Shown here in pieces: positions 14,548 through 27,917 of a stretch of DNA of 64,000 nt. Under the pieces are notes generated by a model. The model was not told the DNA's origin. It saw only the letters and a program-made list of their open reading frames with translations, and ran no database searches. Source of the DNA: Marsupella aquatica (taxonomy: Eukaryota; Plantae; Marchantiophyta); the NCBI GenBank assembly GCA_973895155.1, contig OZ316893.1, positions 930,860-994,859 on the forward strand, written 5' to 3'. The translations under genes were made by a program, and so were the position numbers. Position 1 is the stretch's first letter. Every line of letters starts with the position of its first letter.

Positions 14548-17500
14548 GTCCCTTGCCTGTCCACATCCGTATGCTGCCCGCAAAAATCAAAGGATTCATG
14601 AAACCTATAAAGGTAAAAAAGGATTCATTAACCCTATAAGGGTCAAAAGGTTAGTCTGGACCCCACTTTTGGATGAGGTTTGTGTGAAAAGTGGCAAGTG
14701 CAGGGCATTTTGATCCTCCATCTCCACCTCCTCACAGAGATGGTCCACAGCCCTAGTCTCCTGGACAAACACCAAGGTCCCATTCTGGGTACTTATCTCT
14801 ACACCACAGTCATGCCCACAGCTCGGGCAGCAACCACAGGCAGCGGGTGCAAATATACTCATACTCACACTACCATAAATGACTTTCCAGTGATTAGTGA
14901 TTAGTCTCCCATAATCTAAAAAAAGATATCTTGGTCCACTTCTACAGTTCTACTCAGGGGACCTTGCATTAATTTTTTCCAAACCTGACACATTTTGGCT
15001 CAGGCAGTTTAATAAGTTTATTGGACCCAATGGACCTGGCCTTTCCTATTAGTGAACAGTGACACTTTGAGCCCAAGCAGTTACATAAACAGCATCGACA
15101 GGGAATGGGCAAGGGTCCAGGCACTATCGCTACAGACACTAGAGGAGGTAAGTGAGAAACCTAGGTGATATGATATCTCTTACAAACTTAACCAGTCTAA
15201 ATTCAGAAATCTTTACCAGGTGTAAATTTTGGTTCAAAAGAAGAATATTGTGTCCAGATTTAGCAAGTGGAGGTTGACTGAATTGTGCTCGCCAAAAGCC
15301 CAAAATAAATACAAAGAGAAAACATATGAATCATACAAGAAAGATGGTTCAACCTGGGCTTGTGGGACACTTGAGGCATCCACTGGTATATGACAAGCGA
15401 AACAGTAGTCAAGCTCTTTGTTCCTTGTTGGAGTTTCTCTAATTTGGGTTTCTTCACGACGGCAAAGAAAACTCAACAGCACGCCTCTAGCAAGGTATAC
15501 TCGATCGATTGTCCACTTTCTTTGTTCCTTTCTTTCAGCGTGATCTGAGCATGGAGTGTCTTGAGATCGCCTTCTCTGGTTGACTTGAATTCTTTTTCTG
15601 AGGCCTGTTTTCCAAGTCACCTTTTGAGGTGGATGAGCCGTTGGCTATCTTTGCCTTCACTTTACAAATTGCAGTGGCCGCTCACGCCTTGTGGCCGATT
15701 CTACTTTGTTTTCAAGGTTCCTTTTGTGCTTTTCTTGGTGGCTGCTTCTTCGATCCTATGTTTGTTAGATCTTTCGATATTCTTCATGTGTTCCTTCCCT
15801 GTTCCTTCCTTGTTTCTTCCAGTCTGCCTTTCCGATATCATGCTTTCCGCCGTCCCTTCGCGTCTCTTCTCTTGCGCCTTGCCATGTTGGATTTCTCGTC
15901 CTTTCTTCTCGTCTTTCTTGATTCTCTCCTCTTTCTTTTCTAGGTTTGTCTACAGTCTGCCTGTCCCATTGTGCTCATCATTCCTTTGCCTAATATCCGC
16001 TTTTTTGGTTTGACTTTGCTCCATTATTTTCTTTCGGTCTAATTCTGTTAGCCTCGTTGTGATAGCTCTGGTTTGTTTTCTCTGGCCTCTGGGTCTCGCT
16101 TTCTTATTTTTCCCTCTGTTTCCTTCGTCCCTTCCTTTGTGCTGACTCACCTTGTCCACCGTTACGAGGTCCATCACGCGTGTTCCTTCCGGTCTTCTTC
16201 TTTTTCTTTATTTCTGTACAGTGTCAGGAAGGTCGACGCTTTTTTACATTATTGGCGTTCCAGCAACTGGTTTCTCTCTTGAATTCTAGAAGGCCTTTTC
16301 TGCCGCAGCGGTTCTTTCGCTCCGACTCGTGTGGTGGAATGAGCTGATTGGTGGACCATTATAGCGCCTGCTAAACAAACCAGAGCAAAAGTCAAATGTG
16401 ACAGAGATGGAGAAATTTCTTGACTCAGCGGTAGGTTTTGAATCAATAAAGTGTCAAAGAGATCAGATAGGAGAATCTCTGGTGATAAACAACGTCCCGC
16501 CGTGAGAAAAGGAAGCTTGAGTGAATGAATGCGGCGAGGAATGGATGGAAGTGAGTGTTGATGATGGTAGGCAGTTTTTGCCAGGCAACAAGCTGACAAC
16601 GAGGAACGATTCAGGTCAGGTGTCAGTGGATTAAACCGGACTCATCTCGTACAAGTGTGTTCTTTGGGAAATCCACGTCAGATTGGGGATGTCTGGTGCC
16701 TTATTACATTCATTTGTAAGGATATGTCTTGCGAACATCAGTGTGAGGAATCTGCTAATGGCTTAAACTTTGCAATTTGAGATGAAGGGAACCACATCCT
16801 CACATACATTTGCAGTAGTCGATTTTGAGCCTGGTCAACGGTGTCTGACTTAACAATTAGCAGGTCTGGGGACCAGTTAGGGACAAGTTGCTATGTGAAC
16901 GTTGGTTGTCTATGATGGAAAACGTGGAAGGGATTGAAGACCAGTTCGGCACAATTTGCTATTTGAACGTTCGTTTTCTTCGGTGGAAGAGGGGGAAGTG
17001 GGTGAAGATGATTGAGTCTCAGACAAATTATTCTACCCATCTGCCTGTTATCTCTGATCAGTTCTTTCGTTGTTTTCCCAGAATTATGGTTGTCTTTCGA
17101 TCAAATTTGGTGTTTCTGAGTGTGGCAACTTGATGTATGTGGTGCGTCAGTCGTTAAGATATGGAAACTGGATGTCAAGAAATCTCTAGAGATGGGAAGG
17201 GGCTTGTTTGAAATTCTTTCGTTGTATTTTGGTGTCGGAATCCGCGGGACCGAGGTGTTCGTTCACGGCTCGTTATGAAGATGTTCACGGACACTGTGTT
17301 CTTTCTGGTGAGCTCTTGAGCACTGAATTAAACCATGTATGACGACCTGTGTGTTCTTTGTAGAATGAGAGGCAGCTTTATGGCTGATATTGTGTCTTGG
17401 ATTTAATTGGGAGTGGAGGAGGCCTTCTATGCTGGAACGGTGGCTTCTTGGATGAGATGAAAAGTCTCTGGCAACTTGAATAATGTCGTGGATTCCAGTT

Positions 17501-19574
17501 GTCCGAGTCCACACCACTGTGGCTGAAACACGCTGATCTCGATGTGACCTCGGACTTGACAACTTCCTCGCGAAAAGCTTTCTCCCTACTAAATCACTGT
17601 TGACTGAAGTGGAGGAGTATCCGTTTGTCTGGACTCTGACAATGGATAACAAATCCTCAACCAAAATTTGTGAATCTGGGAAAGAATCTGTAAAATGCTT
17701 GGACGATCATGAAGGAAGATTGAAGATGAATAAGCCCTAGTCATTTGAATCTGTCCGAGGTTGATAAAGAGATGATCAGATCATTCGTCTTAGACAGTGA
17801 CCCTTACGTGTCGTTCCTGCAATGCCAACCAAATTTTGTCGTAGTGACCAACTTGAAAGAATTTGAGCACGGCCATTTTATTTATTTTATTTTACATTAT
17901 TTTGGTGTGTGTGCGTGTGTGAAAAGAGGGGGGGGGGGGGGGGGGGAGAGAGAACTGCGGGAGGAAGGCGGAGAACAAGCAAGTCAATTTCGCGTCGTCA
18001 GTGCTCTGCATGGGAAGTTGGAGACTGTTTTGACCCTGGAGGTAGTTCATGGAGGGATGTAATTTCTCGTAGTTGTGCAAATTGCCTTGAAACAGGCCAG
18101 TAGCAAAGTTTGAGAACAAAGGTAATGTTCTGGATGATTGTGATGTGCGCTTGGTTGACATTAGATCTGACCCCTCGCTGCTGAATTCGACTTTTGCCCG
18201 GGATTGATACCTTCTTGCTCGTGTTGGGGTTCGAGCTGCGCAGTGTTGCCGTATGATTGGAAGGACATATCTGATAATCACCCTCTAACTCAGCAAAGCA
18301 CAATTTTTATACATAGCATGCCTTTCATGTTTGATGAGCGCTAGTACTGGGTGTCAGACTCATTTCGAGCTTCTGCGCAGATGTATTTCCTGTCCATTCG
18401 TCGACCTTGAGGAAGGCAGCTATCATGCTGCTGAGTGGCGGTAGGGGGATATACAATTCTTGTACGTGAGTAACGTGTGGTGCAAAGTTTTGGGAGAACT
18501 GTATTGAATTTCATGGATAAAATGGTATTGATCTTTCTGCATCGAAAGCACAGCTGGAAGCAGCTTCCTGTGTTATGCGAGCTAGGGGATTTCTGGACTG
18601 GAACCTTTGGGCATTGTTTCTGTGAGCTGATAATCTGGGTGTATTAGCAAAACCTTGCAGTCGATCGTGACGGAGTGACAATGAATAGGTAAGGACTGGC
18701 ATGAGGATGGGATAATTGCATGATGTCAAGGAGCCGAATGTGCAAAAAGTTTCAACCAGCTTGCTGATGGGAGGCAGGCGATACTCTTCCGCGTGGGTGT
18801 TATTCGAAAAATTTGACAGTCATGGGCCTTTGGGAGAGAATTGAAGGAACGGCCTTTATCATCATCAATCATCATATCCCCGACAGGAGTGTCTTGTGCC
18901 AAGTGCCTAGCACATGCGAAGCACCCAAAAAATGTCATCGCGAGTTTCTGGTTTGCTGTAAAGAGAGATAACGTGTGCCTGGCTGAGACATGTATTGCGC
19001 ATGTAGGTATAGAGAATTTGAAATTGGAGCCTAGCTTTAAGCCAAATCTGGTTTCAATTTTCGGTCTGCAGTGCTGCCAGTGCTTCTGGGCCATGACATC
19101 TCAGCCTGCGCTTTATGAAGGTTATCAGCAATCTGAAGAATTCCAGTCGAGAGGAGACTGGAAAAGTCACTCTTAGGAATCCCGTGGCCTGGATCAAATC
19201 AGTCAACGAACCGGAGCTCAATTGAGTTATTAGAGCGGAAAACACTCCGATTCAATGCACATCAGGGATGAGCCCTCCGATCTTTCATATTCCTAGTGCC
19301 AGCGATTTGGGCGGAGGAGATCTGGGGAAGGAATATCAGAACTGATTGAGTGTACAAATCGATGACTTGTCGAATGTGTTCGGATTCGTTATCTTAAGCG
19401 CTTCCTTCACGATATTTTGTTGAGGTGCACAGTGATACTTGGCAGCCACACCCTCCGAATTATGGTTTCCAGGTGACTCTGCATAGCCTGCAGACCTTGT
19501 GGTGGCTGTAATATTGGCATTGAAATACTGATTGTCTGAGGAGAATCGGTTGGTGGAGGTGAGTTTCCATGGAA

Positions 19575-19950
19575 GGTGGCAAAGAAAAACTGACTTTTTA
19601 AGGCAGTGGAGAGCAGTGTGATGGGATTCTGGGGATGGTGTTCCATGGAAGGTATGAGAAGTAGTTTTCTAAGGAGAAGAGGTTGGTGTGAGTGATTTTT
19701 TCATGTAAGGTGGCAAAGAAAAACTAATTTCCAACGAAAAATTGTGGAGTGGAGGAATTTGGATGGGATTCACGGGACGATGGTTTATCCAAGGCATGAG
19801 AACTAATTTTTCTCTATGGAGAAGAGGTTGGTGTACTTGAAAGAATGTAAGGCGGCGAAGAAAAACTACGTTTCTAAGGAAATATTGGGTAGTGAGAGAA
19901 TTTTGAGGGGATTTCGGGGAATGATATTTTATCCACGGCATGAGAAAACG
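19575..19950. repeat. Three diverged ~135-bp tandem units
   Basis: Recurrent GTGGCAAAGAAAAACT ... GGGATT ... ATGAGAA ... GGAGAAGAGGTTGGTGT blocks starting near 19577, 19710 and 19853. Confidence 0.7.
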
Positions 19951-20009
19951 AAGAAATGGGAAAAATATTTACTAGGCACCTTTAAGCCTGGAGAGGGAGA
20001 AAATGGATT

Positions 20010-20550
20010 GTCTCACATAATTCATTTGATTGACGTACCAAAAGAGTGCCCCTGAAAGTGAAATAACAAAAGAGCCCCTGAAAATGAAATTACAAATGAG
20101 GGCCCCCATTTTCTTATGCTGCCTTCCCGAGACTTGCATTTCATTAACTCAAGAAATTTCTTCAATTCTCTCTTCTCTTTGGTCCATTGTCGGCGAGGAA
20201 GCAAGCACAGGGTTTCATTTCCCCGCTGCTGGAATTTTGACGAGCTGAAAGGCCCTAGACCATCAGATCAAAATTGAAAAAAACAACAACACATCAGGTA
20301 TGAAATGAATCCAAAGGAATGGAAGCAAACCTATTGCTGGCATAGTAACTGGGACTTGGATTTTGATAACCTTTCGAAGATCTTGCTTTGAATAAGAAAT
20401 TTCTTGAAAATACAGTTCTGGCATCCAGCAAAACAACTCAAATTAGTATCATAATGCAAGAAAAGGTTGATTGGGGGACGCTCTATTTGTCCTCCAGAAA
20501 CAATGATATTTTTGGCCCAAAAAGCCCATCAAATTGCTCACCTTGATCAC
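20010..20550 (+). repeat. Dispersed direct duplication, paralog of ~36495-37030
   Basis: Collinear similarity over ~530 bp. Shared blocks include ATTGACGTACCAAA, CGGCGAGGAAGCAAGCAC, ACATCAGGTATGAAAT and GATCCAAAGGAATGGAAGCAAA-like motifs. Confidence 0.85.
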
Positions 20551-21884
20551 CCTATGCAAAATAAACTGCTCTGGCAGAGGCTTGAAAGAAATGCTGTGAA
20601 CTTGAGTTCCAATCTCAATATCCCAAGGCCCCAGGAACTGTTGCGTTCAAGCTGTGATCCAGCATTCAATCCATGCACCCTGCTCGTGAGAAAACCGAAA
20701 TCTTATGCAGCCCTTTTCCAGTTCTCTAGAACAGACTTCCAGGACTCGGTTCTCTGGGTATATATAGAGAACCATAGAAAATTTCTCTCAAGAGAAACCC
20801 CCATGCATGTCAGGGTCTTCAGTGTCCCATTTGTGGTCCCATCGGCCACTGTATAATTAGTGTATCTGCCAGGTGAAAAATCGCTCCAAATTGTGTTCCA
20901 TTGTCAGGGCAGCCTGTGTACTGTCGAACGTATGCAAGATCCACGGAAGAGTTGATGCTCCACACTTGTGACTTGTTCCACAGCCACCAATGAAGATCTT
21001 GTAATGACCCTAGCTGTAAGTAGTAACACTGGGATTTGTCTAACACAATTGATCAGACAATGGCAGAAATCAAATGCTCTTGATGATTTTCTGATTCAAA
21101 CAGCTGAATTATGTACAGTAGTTGGGTGCTCGGAAACTATTGTGTGATTTTCTAGACCACTGCATGTGGTGACCATACCTATGCACCCACCCAGGCAAAT
21201 ACACACAGGAAGCCTGCCATACTGAGGCATTTAATGGAAACATTATGCTTCCCAAGAGCTGCCAAACCGGCTTGGTACTGACCATCGAGATTGAGGAAGC
21301 CCACACCACTCCTGCAAAGGTGAACCAGGCCTGCTTCCATGGCAGTGCCCTAATAAAATGTTAAGGCAAACTCTCTTCAGGCTTCCTCAACGTACTTGGC
21401 TGCAAAAGCTTGAATATGTAATTCTGCTCCAATTAGATGTTTCAGTAGCTAGTCTGATGGTGGGTCCTTAAGGTCCAATGTTTCTGTGTGTTTCAGTCAT
21501 CATCTATATAATTATGCGCTCCTGACATTTCCATATTGAATGTGACAATGTTTCAGTACCTACTGTAGTTTGATGTTGGGTCTTCTTGCTCTAATATCTA
21601 ATGTGTTCCTTCATCATCTATGTATGGGTTATCTCCTGACTTTTCCGTAATGAATGTGACTAAAGTTCCAGTCTATAACTATACAATCTCAATGTACACT
21701 CAAGCTACTCTCAGAGTCTAGAGTGAACCCTCTAGACCCCAATTCTCGGGCACAATGGGGGTGCAGGGTTTGAAGGCAAGTCATAAATAAAGGCAAATAG
21801 TTGCAAGTTTTTTTTTTTTATCCTCACCTCTACTTACATGTCACGCTAGTGTTATTTACTAGAAGCTCAATACCCGTCTGTTGC

Positions 21885-23000
21885 ACAAAAGATGTCGTTA
21901 AGCAAAACAATGTCGTGTCACCCAAGATGTCATTATGTGAAAGATGTCGTGAAGTAAAAATATGTTGTTAAGAAAAAAGAAGTCACTTTGCCAAAGATGT
22001 TGTTATGGGAAAGATGTAGTCAAGTGGAAAGATGTTAAGAAAAAAGAATCTGTGCCACCAAAAATGTTGTCAAGTAAAAAGTAGTTGTCCAGAAAAAAGA
22101 AGTCGTTTTGCCAAAGATGTTGTTATGTGAAAGATGTACTTGGGGGGTTGATATCAAAAATCTTAGGAACCATGTGCAATCCAAAATAAATTTTTAAAAA
22201 GCGTAGGCCCGAGCGTAGGAGGCAAAAGAAGGTATTATAAACTCATATTTATAGAATATTCTCTAATATATACCCTTTATAAAATAAAATATATTGTTAA
22301 TATTGAAAATGAAGAATATTTTTGGTTTTGTTTTATAAAATAGGTCTATTGCTATCACAGGTGGTACTCCAAAATATGCACTTAGTTAACCCCCGAGAAA
22401 ATGTAGTTAAGAAAAAAGAAGTTGTGTCCCCAAAGTTGTTATGTGAAAGATGTCGTCAAGTAAAGTATGTCGTTATGTAAATAAAGTCGTGTTGCCAAAG
22501 ATTTGGTTATGTGAAAGACTAGCCCAATACTTGTCCATTGCACAAAAGATGTTGAGATGAGAAAAGATGTTGAAACGAGAAAAAGATGTCGAGGTGAAAA
22601 AAGATGTCAATGACAAAAACAAATGCCAAGGCAAGGAAAATAGGTCAAGTCGAGGAAAATAAGTCAAGGTGAGACAAATATGTTGAGGAGGGAGAAGATT
22701 GCAAGGACAGTGAGAAACATATGTAAAGATAAGGAAAAGATGTTGAGGATAGAAAATATATCGAGGGTGAGGGAATGTTGTCGTGGTGAGATAAAGATGT
22801 CAAAATGAGAAAAAGATGGCAAGATGAGAAAAATATAAGATGTTAAGGTGAGAAAAAATGTTGAAGGTGAGAATAAAATGTCGTGGTAAGATGAAGATGG
22901 CGAGATGAGAAAAGATGGCAAGACAAGGAAAAGATGTTGAGAAGAGATAAATATGTGAAGATTCAAAAAAAGATGTCAAGGCGAGACAGGAAATTGACAA
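21885..23000. repeat. Degenerate purine-rich minisatellite with ~19-20 bp units (core AAAGATGT(C/T)G), interrupted by an AT-rich insert at 22142-22394
   Basis: Dozens of AAAGATGTCG/AAAGATGTTG variants. The insert is bounded by GGGGGTTGA...TTAACCCCC. Confidence 0.75.
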
Positions 23001-23474
23001 TGTGAGGGGTGAAGATCAAAGATGAATTTTCTCCTACTCGATCATTGGCCTCCCATTTTTTCCATCAATGCTAGGGGAGGGGCCAGGATGAAGCCTCGGG
23101 CCCTTCTTGTTTTTCCATCCATGTGCCTCCCTGTGTCCTTACTCCTTGATCATTGTCCCTCCTCCTTTCCCTTAACTTACTTGGCTTTGAATCACAAAAT
23201 ACTGTACCTACAAGGTACACTGATTTGTACAGTCAACTTAATGTACTTGTCTTTCACCTAGAGACCATTGTACATCTCTTCACTTTAATGATATGTTTTT
23301 TTCCCCTTTACTTTCATATAATTATTGGTTCAATGTTCTTGCATATGATATGATAGCTTGTAGTGTTTTATAAACTAGTAATAGATGCTCTACATAAGAT
23401 AGACTAGACTTTAAATATTACTAATAAGTTAAAAGAGGTGTATTTTAGAGCGGGCCAGCTATATTCTGAAAGCA

Positions 23475-24290
23475 AGCTTGTTTGTTGTTTGTTTAGCATG
23501 TTGGTAGTTAAACTGTGATTGGGCTGGGGTCAACGTTGAATGGTTCATAGTTGCCAATTGCAGTTATGATACTTAGCTACGTTGTGAGGGATTTTGGTCA
23601 TTTAGAGGAACCATGAATCATGATTGCTTTGTGCAAATGTAGGCGTTAGCGGGCGGGCTAGCGGGGGTGCCAGCTATGTTTGTATCTCACTTTTGCTCCT
23701 AAGAAAAGGACAATATGCCAGGTTCAATCCCCTTCTCCACACACAAGGGGTGTGGAGGGTATGTGTTTGTTTAATTGTGTGGGTGGATACCGTGTAGTGG
23801 TGGGATCGAGCACTGGTTTCTCCCTGGACTCTGGCTGGCCGCTTTGTGGTCCTGGTCCAACCCTCTCTCCTTCCTGGTACGGGTACCTGTCGGATTTCTA
23901 GGTATTGTCCCCCTTTGTGGACTACCTATATAGTGGTGCATACTCTTGACCAATTGAAAGTAGAATGTCTATCCTCTGTTGCATGGGTCTACTTTTGGCT
24001 TTCAAAGCAAAAGAAATATCTTCTATGAATTTTTAATATTTGTGATGGTTGTCTGTTATGGACTAGGATCACAATAACAAAGACCTCAAAGTAACCCTGA
24101 ACCCACACCATGCTAATGCAAAGATTGTTGAATCCTTTTGGACATGTCCTGGAGCCTGCTTTATTTTTTGCAAACTAAGATTGGTGCAAGACAGTCGCCT
24201 GCGTATATACAATTGAGTGTTAAATATGCAATCAATAAAGGTGCAAAATTTCAGTCTCCCTTGAACTGTGTTATTATTCCTGACTCGCCT
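23475..24290 (+). repeat. Dispersed direct duplication, paralog of ~35900-36395, with a ~300-bp insertion at ~23695-24000
   Basis: Shared blocks GGGCTGGGGTCA, TGCAGTTATGATACTTAGCTA, AGCTATGTTTGTATCTC, AAAGACCTCAAA and TAAAGGTGCAAAATTTC. Confidence 0.85.
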
Positions 24291-25894
24291 TGGAATGGTT
24301 AGTGTTGCTGAAGTGAAAAACAAAAATCGGCATTTGTTTAGAGTTTTGAATATGCAGCCCAATGCTGGTGCATTGCATGATTGTCTTATATATATACACC
24401 CATGTTTTTGCTGCTGCCATGCATGTTCTTGTTGTCATTGTGTCCATGTTGTTTTTATTGTCATGTTGTTGCTGCAAAAGTGAGGGAGCCAGCACTTTGC
24501 ATGGTGCAGCTGGAGCAGGCACATTGCATGGTGCTAGGCTAAGGTAGACCTTGAAGTTTTCATTTTCCCTCCTCCGCAGCCTTCCTGGCCACCCGCACCC
24601 ACCCCCTTGTGTTATTGTTGCAAAATAATTTAGAGTGCCATTCATGTTATTGTTGCAGAAATCCTTAGATAAGCTATGCAAAAGTCAACAAAATAAGGGA
24701 ATAGAAGAGATAAATGGGAGACAGAGTTAGAGTGATAGTGAGTCGGGGTCCCGGTCGGGGTGAGAGTAAGGCAAGATTTGAGGTGATAGCGAGGGCAAGG
24801 CTAATCTAGACACTGGTGCAAGTCAAGCCCTTATGGCTTCCCTCTGACACTTGACTGTCAGATAATATCCTCTGATTTTAGGAATTTAATGGCCACCAAA
24901 AATGTAACATGAATTAGATTACCTCTATTTTACCACCCCCATTTCCCCCCTTCCCTTTCCCCTTCCCCTTCCCCTTTGCTCTTTGTACTCCTTGTTTTCC
25001 CTTTAATTTCTCTTCCAATTGCCTCAAGGATTGAAATTCTCGGGGGTTTCACTTCCACAAAAATGGCATATCACGTGCGACGAAGTATAGGGTCATTTTA
25101 TTGGTTCAAAGGGAAGACTTAAGAATTTTCTGAGAAGAACAATAGTGTCTTTTAAATCCAATTTTGAGACTTATAAGAACATTAGGGTCCTTATAACCAA
25201 AATTTTGGAATATTCCAAATTTATAGGGGTTGAAAAAATAATTTTTTTTCTTACATTTTAGGGGGTCCGAGGCCTAAAAACGTCGCAGGTGATGGGGAGG
25301 CATCCGTATAGTGAGACCCCCGAGTTGAAATTAAGAGGACTTGTGATGTTAGACAGGCCCATGGAGGAGTTGCGGAGTCAAGGTGGGCAGAAGGAGAGCA
25401 AAGGAGAGCAAAAGGGTGGAATAAGGGAAGAAGACGCACAGGGTGGGGTTTGACGGCCGTGGAGTCAGTCATGGGTGGAGGTGTGGGCAGTTCATGGGGC
25501 AGTTAGGCGCTGCCACGGTCTGGCCAGTGTGGAGAGGGCTGGGAAAGGAAGGGGAGAGGGAGAAAGGGTAGGACAGGTATTTAAGAGGGATCCAACTGTG
25601 ATGACAGATTGAAGAGAGTCAAGAGGGGCCAAGATAAATAACCACCGTTGGCCTCCATACATGCAACAACCAACCAAGCTTCCTTCCCCAAAGGAAGAAA
25701 ACCCCCACCACACAATCACCAATGAAAAAACAAACCTTCCAAAAACTGTCTCCGCACTTCCTAGAAAACATTAATATGGAAAGAGGGAAAACCTTTCGAA
25801 AATGAAAAAATAACTCGCTTTGGTCATCCGCCTTTCTCCGTCCCTAGCTGATTGAGGGTAGGCTGTACCTATGTAACTTGCACATCCTGTACCA

Positions 25895-26139
25895 CTATCA
25901 AATGTACTCATATGAATCGTACTCACTACTCTTGAGACACATACTCTTAATAAATATTTGCTTTGGTTTATAGCCTGCCCCCATTTCCAGACAATTCACT
26001 CTATCAAATGGACTCATATGAATTGTACTCATTACACTTGAGAGGCCTCCGCATACTCTTACTTAGAAATGGACTCATATGAATTGTACTCCCTACACTT
26101 GAGAGGACCGCATACTCTTACTTAGATATTTGCTTTAGT
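25895..26139. repeat. Three tandem copies of a ~55-bp unit; target region of the Harbinger insertion
   Basis: AAATG(G/T)ACTCATATGAAT(C/T)GTACTC...CTTGAGA...CATACTCTTA repeated three times. Confidence 0.8.
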
Positions 26140-26621
26140 AGGGCGTCTCACATATGAAAAATTTATTGCAAACACGGGCGGCCCGAGACGCTGTCAGGCG
26201 CACCGCGAGAGGGTTTATGCGGGCGAAGATATCCCGGGGTAGTCAAATATGAGACGGGTCGCGGGTGCAAATGGCCATGGGTTTTGAGTTAACCATGGTT
26301 AACTCAAACAAATGAACGACAACATTTTTGGACGAGTTCCCTCGCTGAATTTTTTGAAAGCGCCGCAAATGTTTTGAAGTTCCATGAATGCATTTGCCGA
26401 TTGTTGCAACTTTGAAAATTGGAGTTCCCTCGCTCAATGCGCGGAATCTGAATTGGTTTGGATCTACATTCGCGAAGATGGCGTTTATAGGTGACATGTC
26501 TCTGCTGAACAATCAAGTTCTTCAGCATCCAGATCGACCCCGCTATTCACTTGGTGAAGTTGTGATTCTGGACTCTCAGCTTCCTGAAGCCGGAGTCGAC
26601 ATACAATTGCCAGTTCCAACA

Positions 26622-27050
26622 ATGGCCGCAGGCGGCGATAATCGGAAGCTCTTGCCACATCATCTCGCACACATTGTTGATTGGTTGGAAGTACTTGAGA
26701 ACTTTGCCATGCTGAATGGGACGAGTAGTCGGCCGTCTGTCACCAGTAAACATCCTCCGAAGAAGACGGTGTTCAAAAAAATGCTCATCGACCTTCATGA
26801 CGTTGGGTTCCCCAAATTTGTGACAACAGGCGATAACCTTGGCAAACGGTTTCAGCGTTTCATCAAAAAATACAAGGAGGCACTGGCGATAAAGCAAGAC
26901 TCTGGTGCTGGATTGACAGATGCGGAGTTGAGGCAGGGTCTTACTCTGGCCGATAAGTATGAGAAGATTTGCCCTCATTTTGAGCGGATGCATGCGATTT
27001 ATGGGGAGAGGGCGAATATTTCACCTCCGAGCACAATCGCTCCAATTTAG
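26622..27050 (+). CDS. Harbinger-associated Myb/SANT/trihelix-like DNA-binding protein (possibly C-terminally truncated)
   Basis: Motifs IVDWLE...NF, KRFQRFIKKYKEA...SGAGLT and KICPHFERMHAIYGER resemble the second protein of Harbinger elements. ATG at 26622 lies within ORF 26388-27050. Confidence 0.75.
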   Translation: MAAGGDNRKLLPHHLAHIVDWLEVLENFAMLNGTSSRPSVTSKHPPKKTVFKKMLIDLHDVGFPKFVTTGDNLGKRFQRFIKKYKEALAIKQDSGAGLTDAELRQGLTLADKYEKICPHFERMHAIYGERANISPPSTIAPI

Positions 27051-27587
27051 GGAATTCAAGGCCATTATCAACGAAGGGGCTACATTTATCCCCGACTCGA
27101 TTGGCCCATAACAGTTCTGCAATTATGGTCAATTGTGTTGGAGTATGACATTTTATTCCATTTCTGACATGGAGTTATTTACAAATGTTGTGGCACATTT
27201 CCCACTTCTCTCCGTTGTATCCCTGGGTACTTCACACATATAATAAATTCACAGCACAGATCGTAAATAATGGTACCAAAGCTCTGTTTTTGACACACGT
27301 ACGAGCAGTACCTATCAAGTGCTTCACGAGTCTTGATAGGGTAAATCTCAGGTGCCGTAGGGGGCATCGACACTGCGAGGTTGAATTACATGTGACATTC
27401 CCACCACGGCCCTATGAAATGCGTGGGATGGGAGGGAATCCAAGGCCTTCAAGGTGGAGATAAATAGTGTGCTCAGCCATAGCCAACTCCACCATTTCAC
27501 AATCCACCGACGAAGTGTATTTTGCATACGAAATCATAACATTTGGATTAAGACGTTGTGTTCTTCTTTTGCTTCTTCCTTTGCGCA

Positions 27588-27917
27588 ATGGCTCCTCAAA
27601 CACGCTCGGCCAAAGCGAGTTCTAAGTTGGAAATTCCTCCAGTGCCAAGTTCAGAGCTGGCCATTGTCATAGGCTTGACGGGAGGCTTGAGCGACCACGA
27701 TGAGCCAACAAAAAAAGAAGAGCAGCCTTGCAAAGCGATACCCATTCAATCACGTCGTCCACAAGAAGAAGGTAGCTCTGAACATGAACAATTGTGGAGG
27801 ACATTGCTACGTCCCATGACAGAAGAGACTCGTCAACTGAAGCTGAAAAGGCAACGACGTGCTGCTAGGAGACTCAGATTGGAGAGGGAGAAAGAGCAGG
27901 AAAGGGAGACTCGTTAG
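27588..27917 (+). CDS. Putative small charged/coiled-coil protein inside the Harbinger element
   Basis: Open 109-codon ORF from ATG (MAPQTRSAK...), ending in the basic, NLS-like KLKRQRRAARRLRLEREKEQERETR. No family recognised. Confidence 0.35.
   Translation: MAPQTRSAKASSKLEIPPVPSSELAIVIGLTGGLSDHDEPTKKEEQPCKAIPIQSRRPQEEGSSEHEQLWRTLLRPMTEETRQLKLKRQRRAARRLRLEREKEQERETR

Noticed and set aside
22473-23000. Hydrophobic Phe/Leu/Ser-rich ORFs
   Set aside because: Produced by the complement of the purine-rich minisatellite.
23710-23740. Possible tRNA gene
   Set aside because: Only a T-loop-like motif; no cloverleaf could be built.
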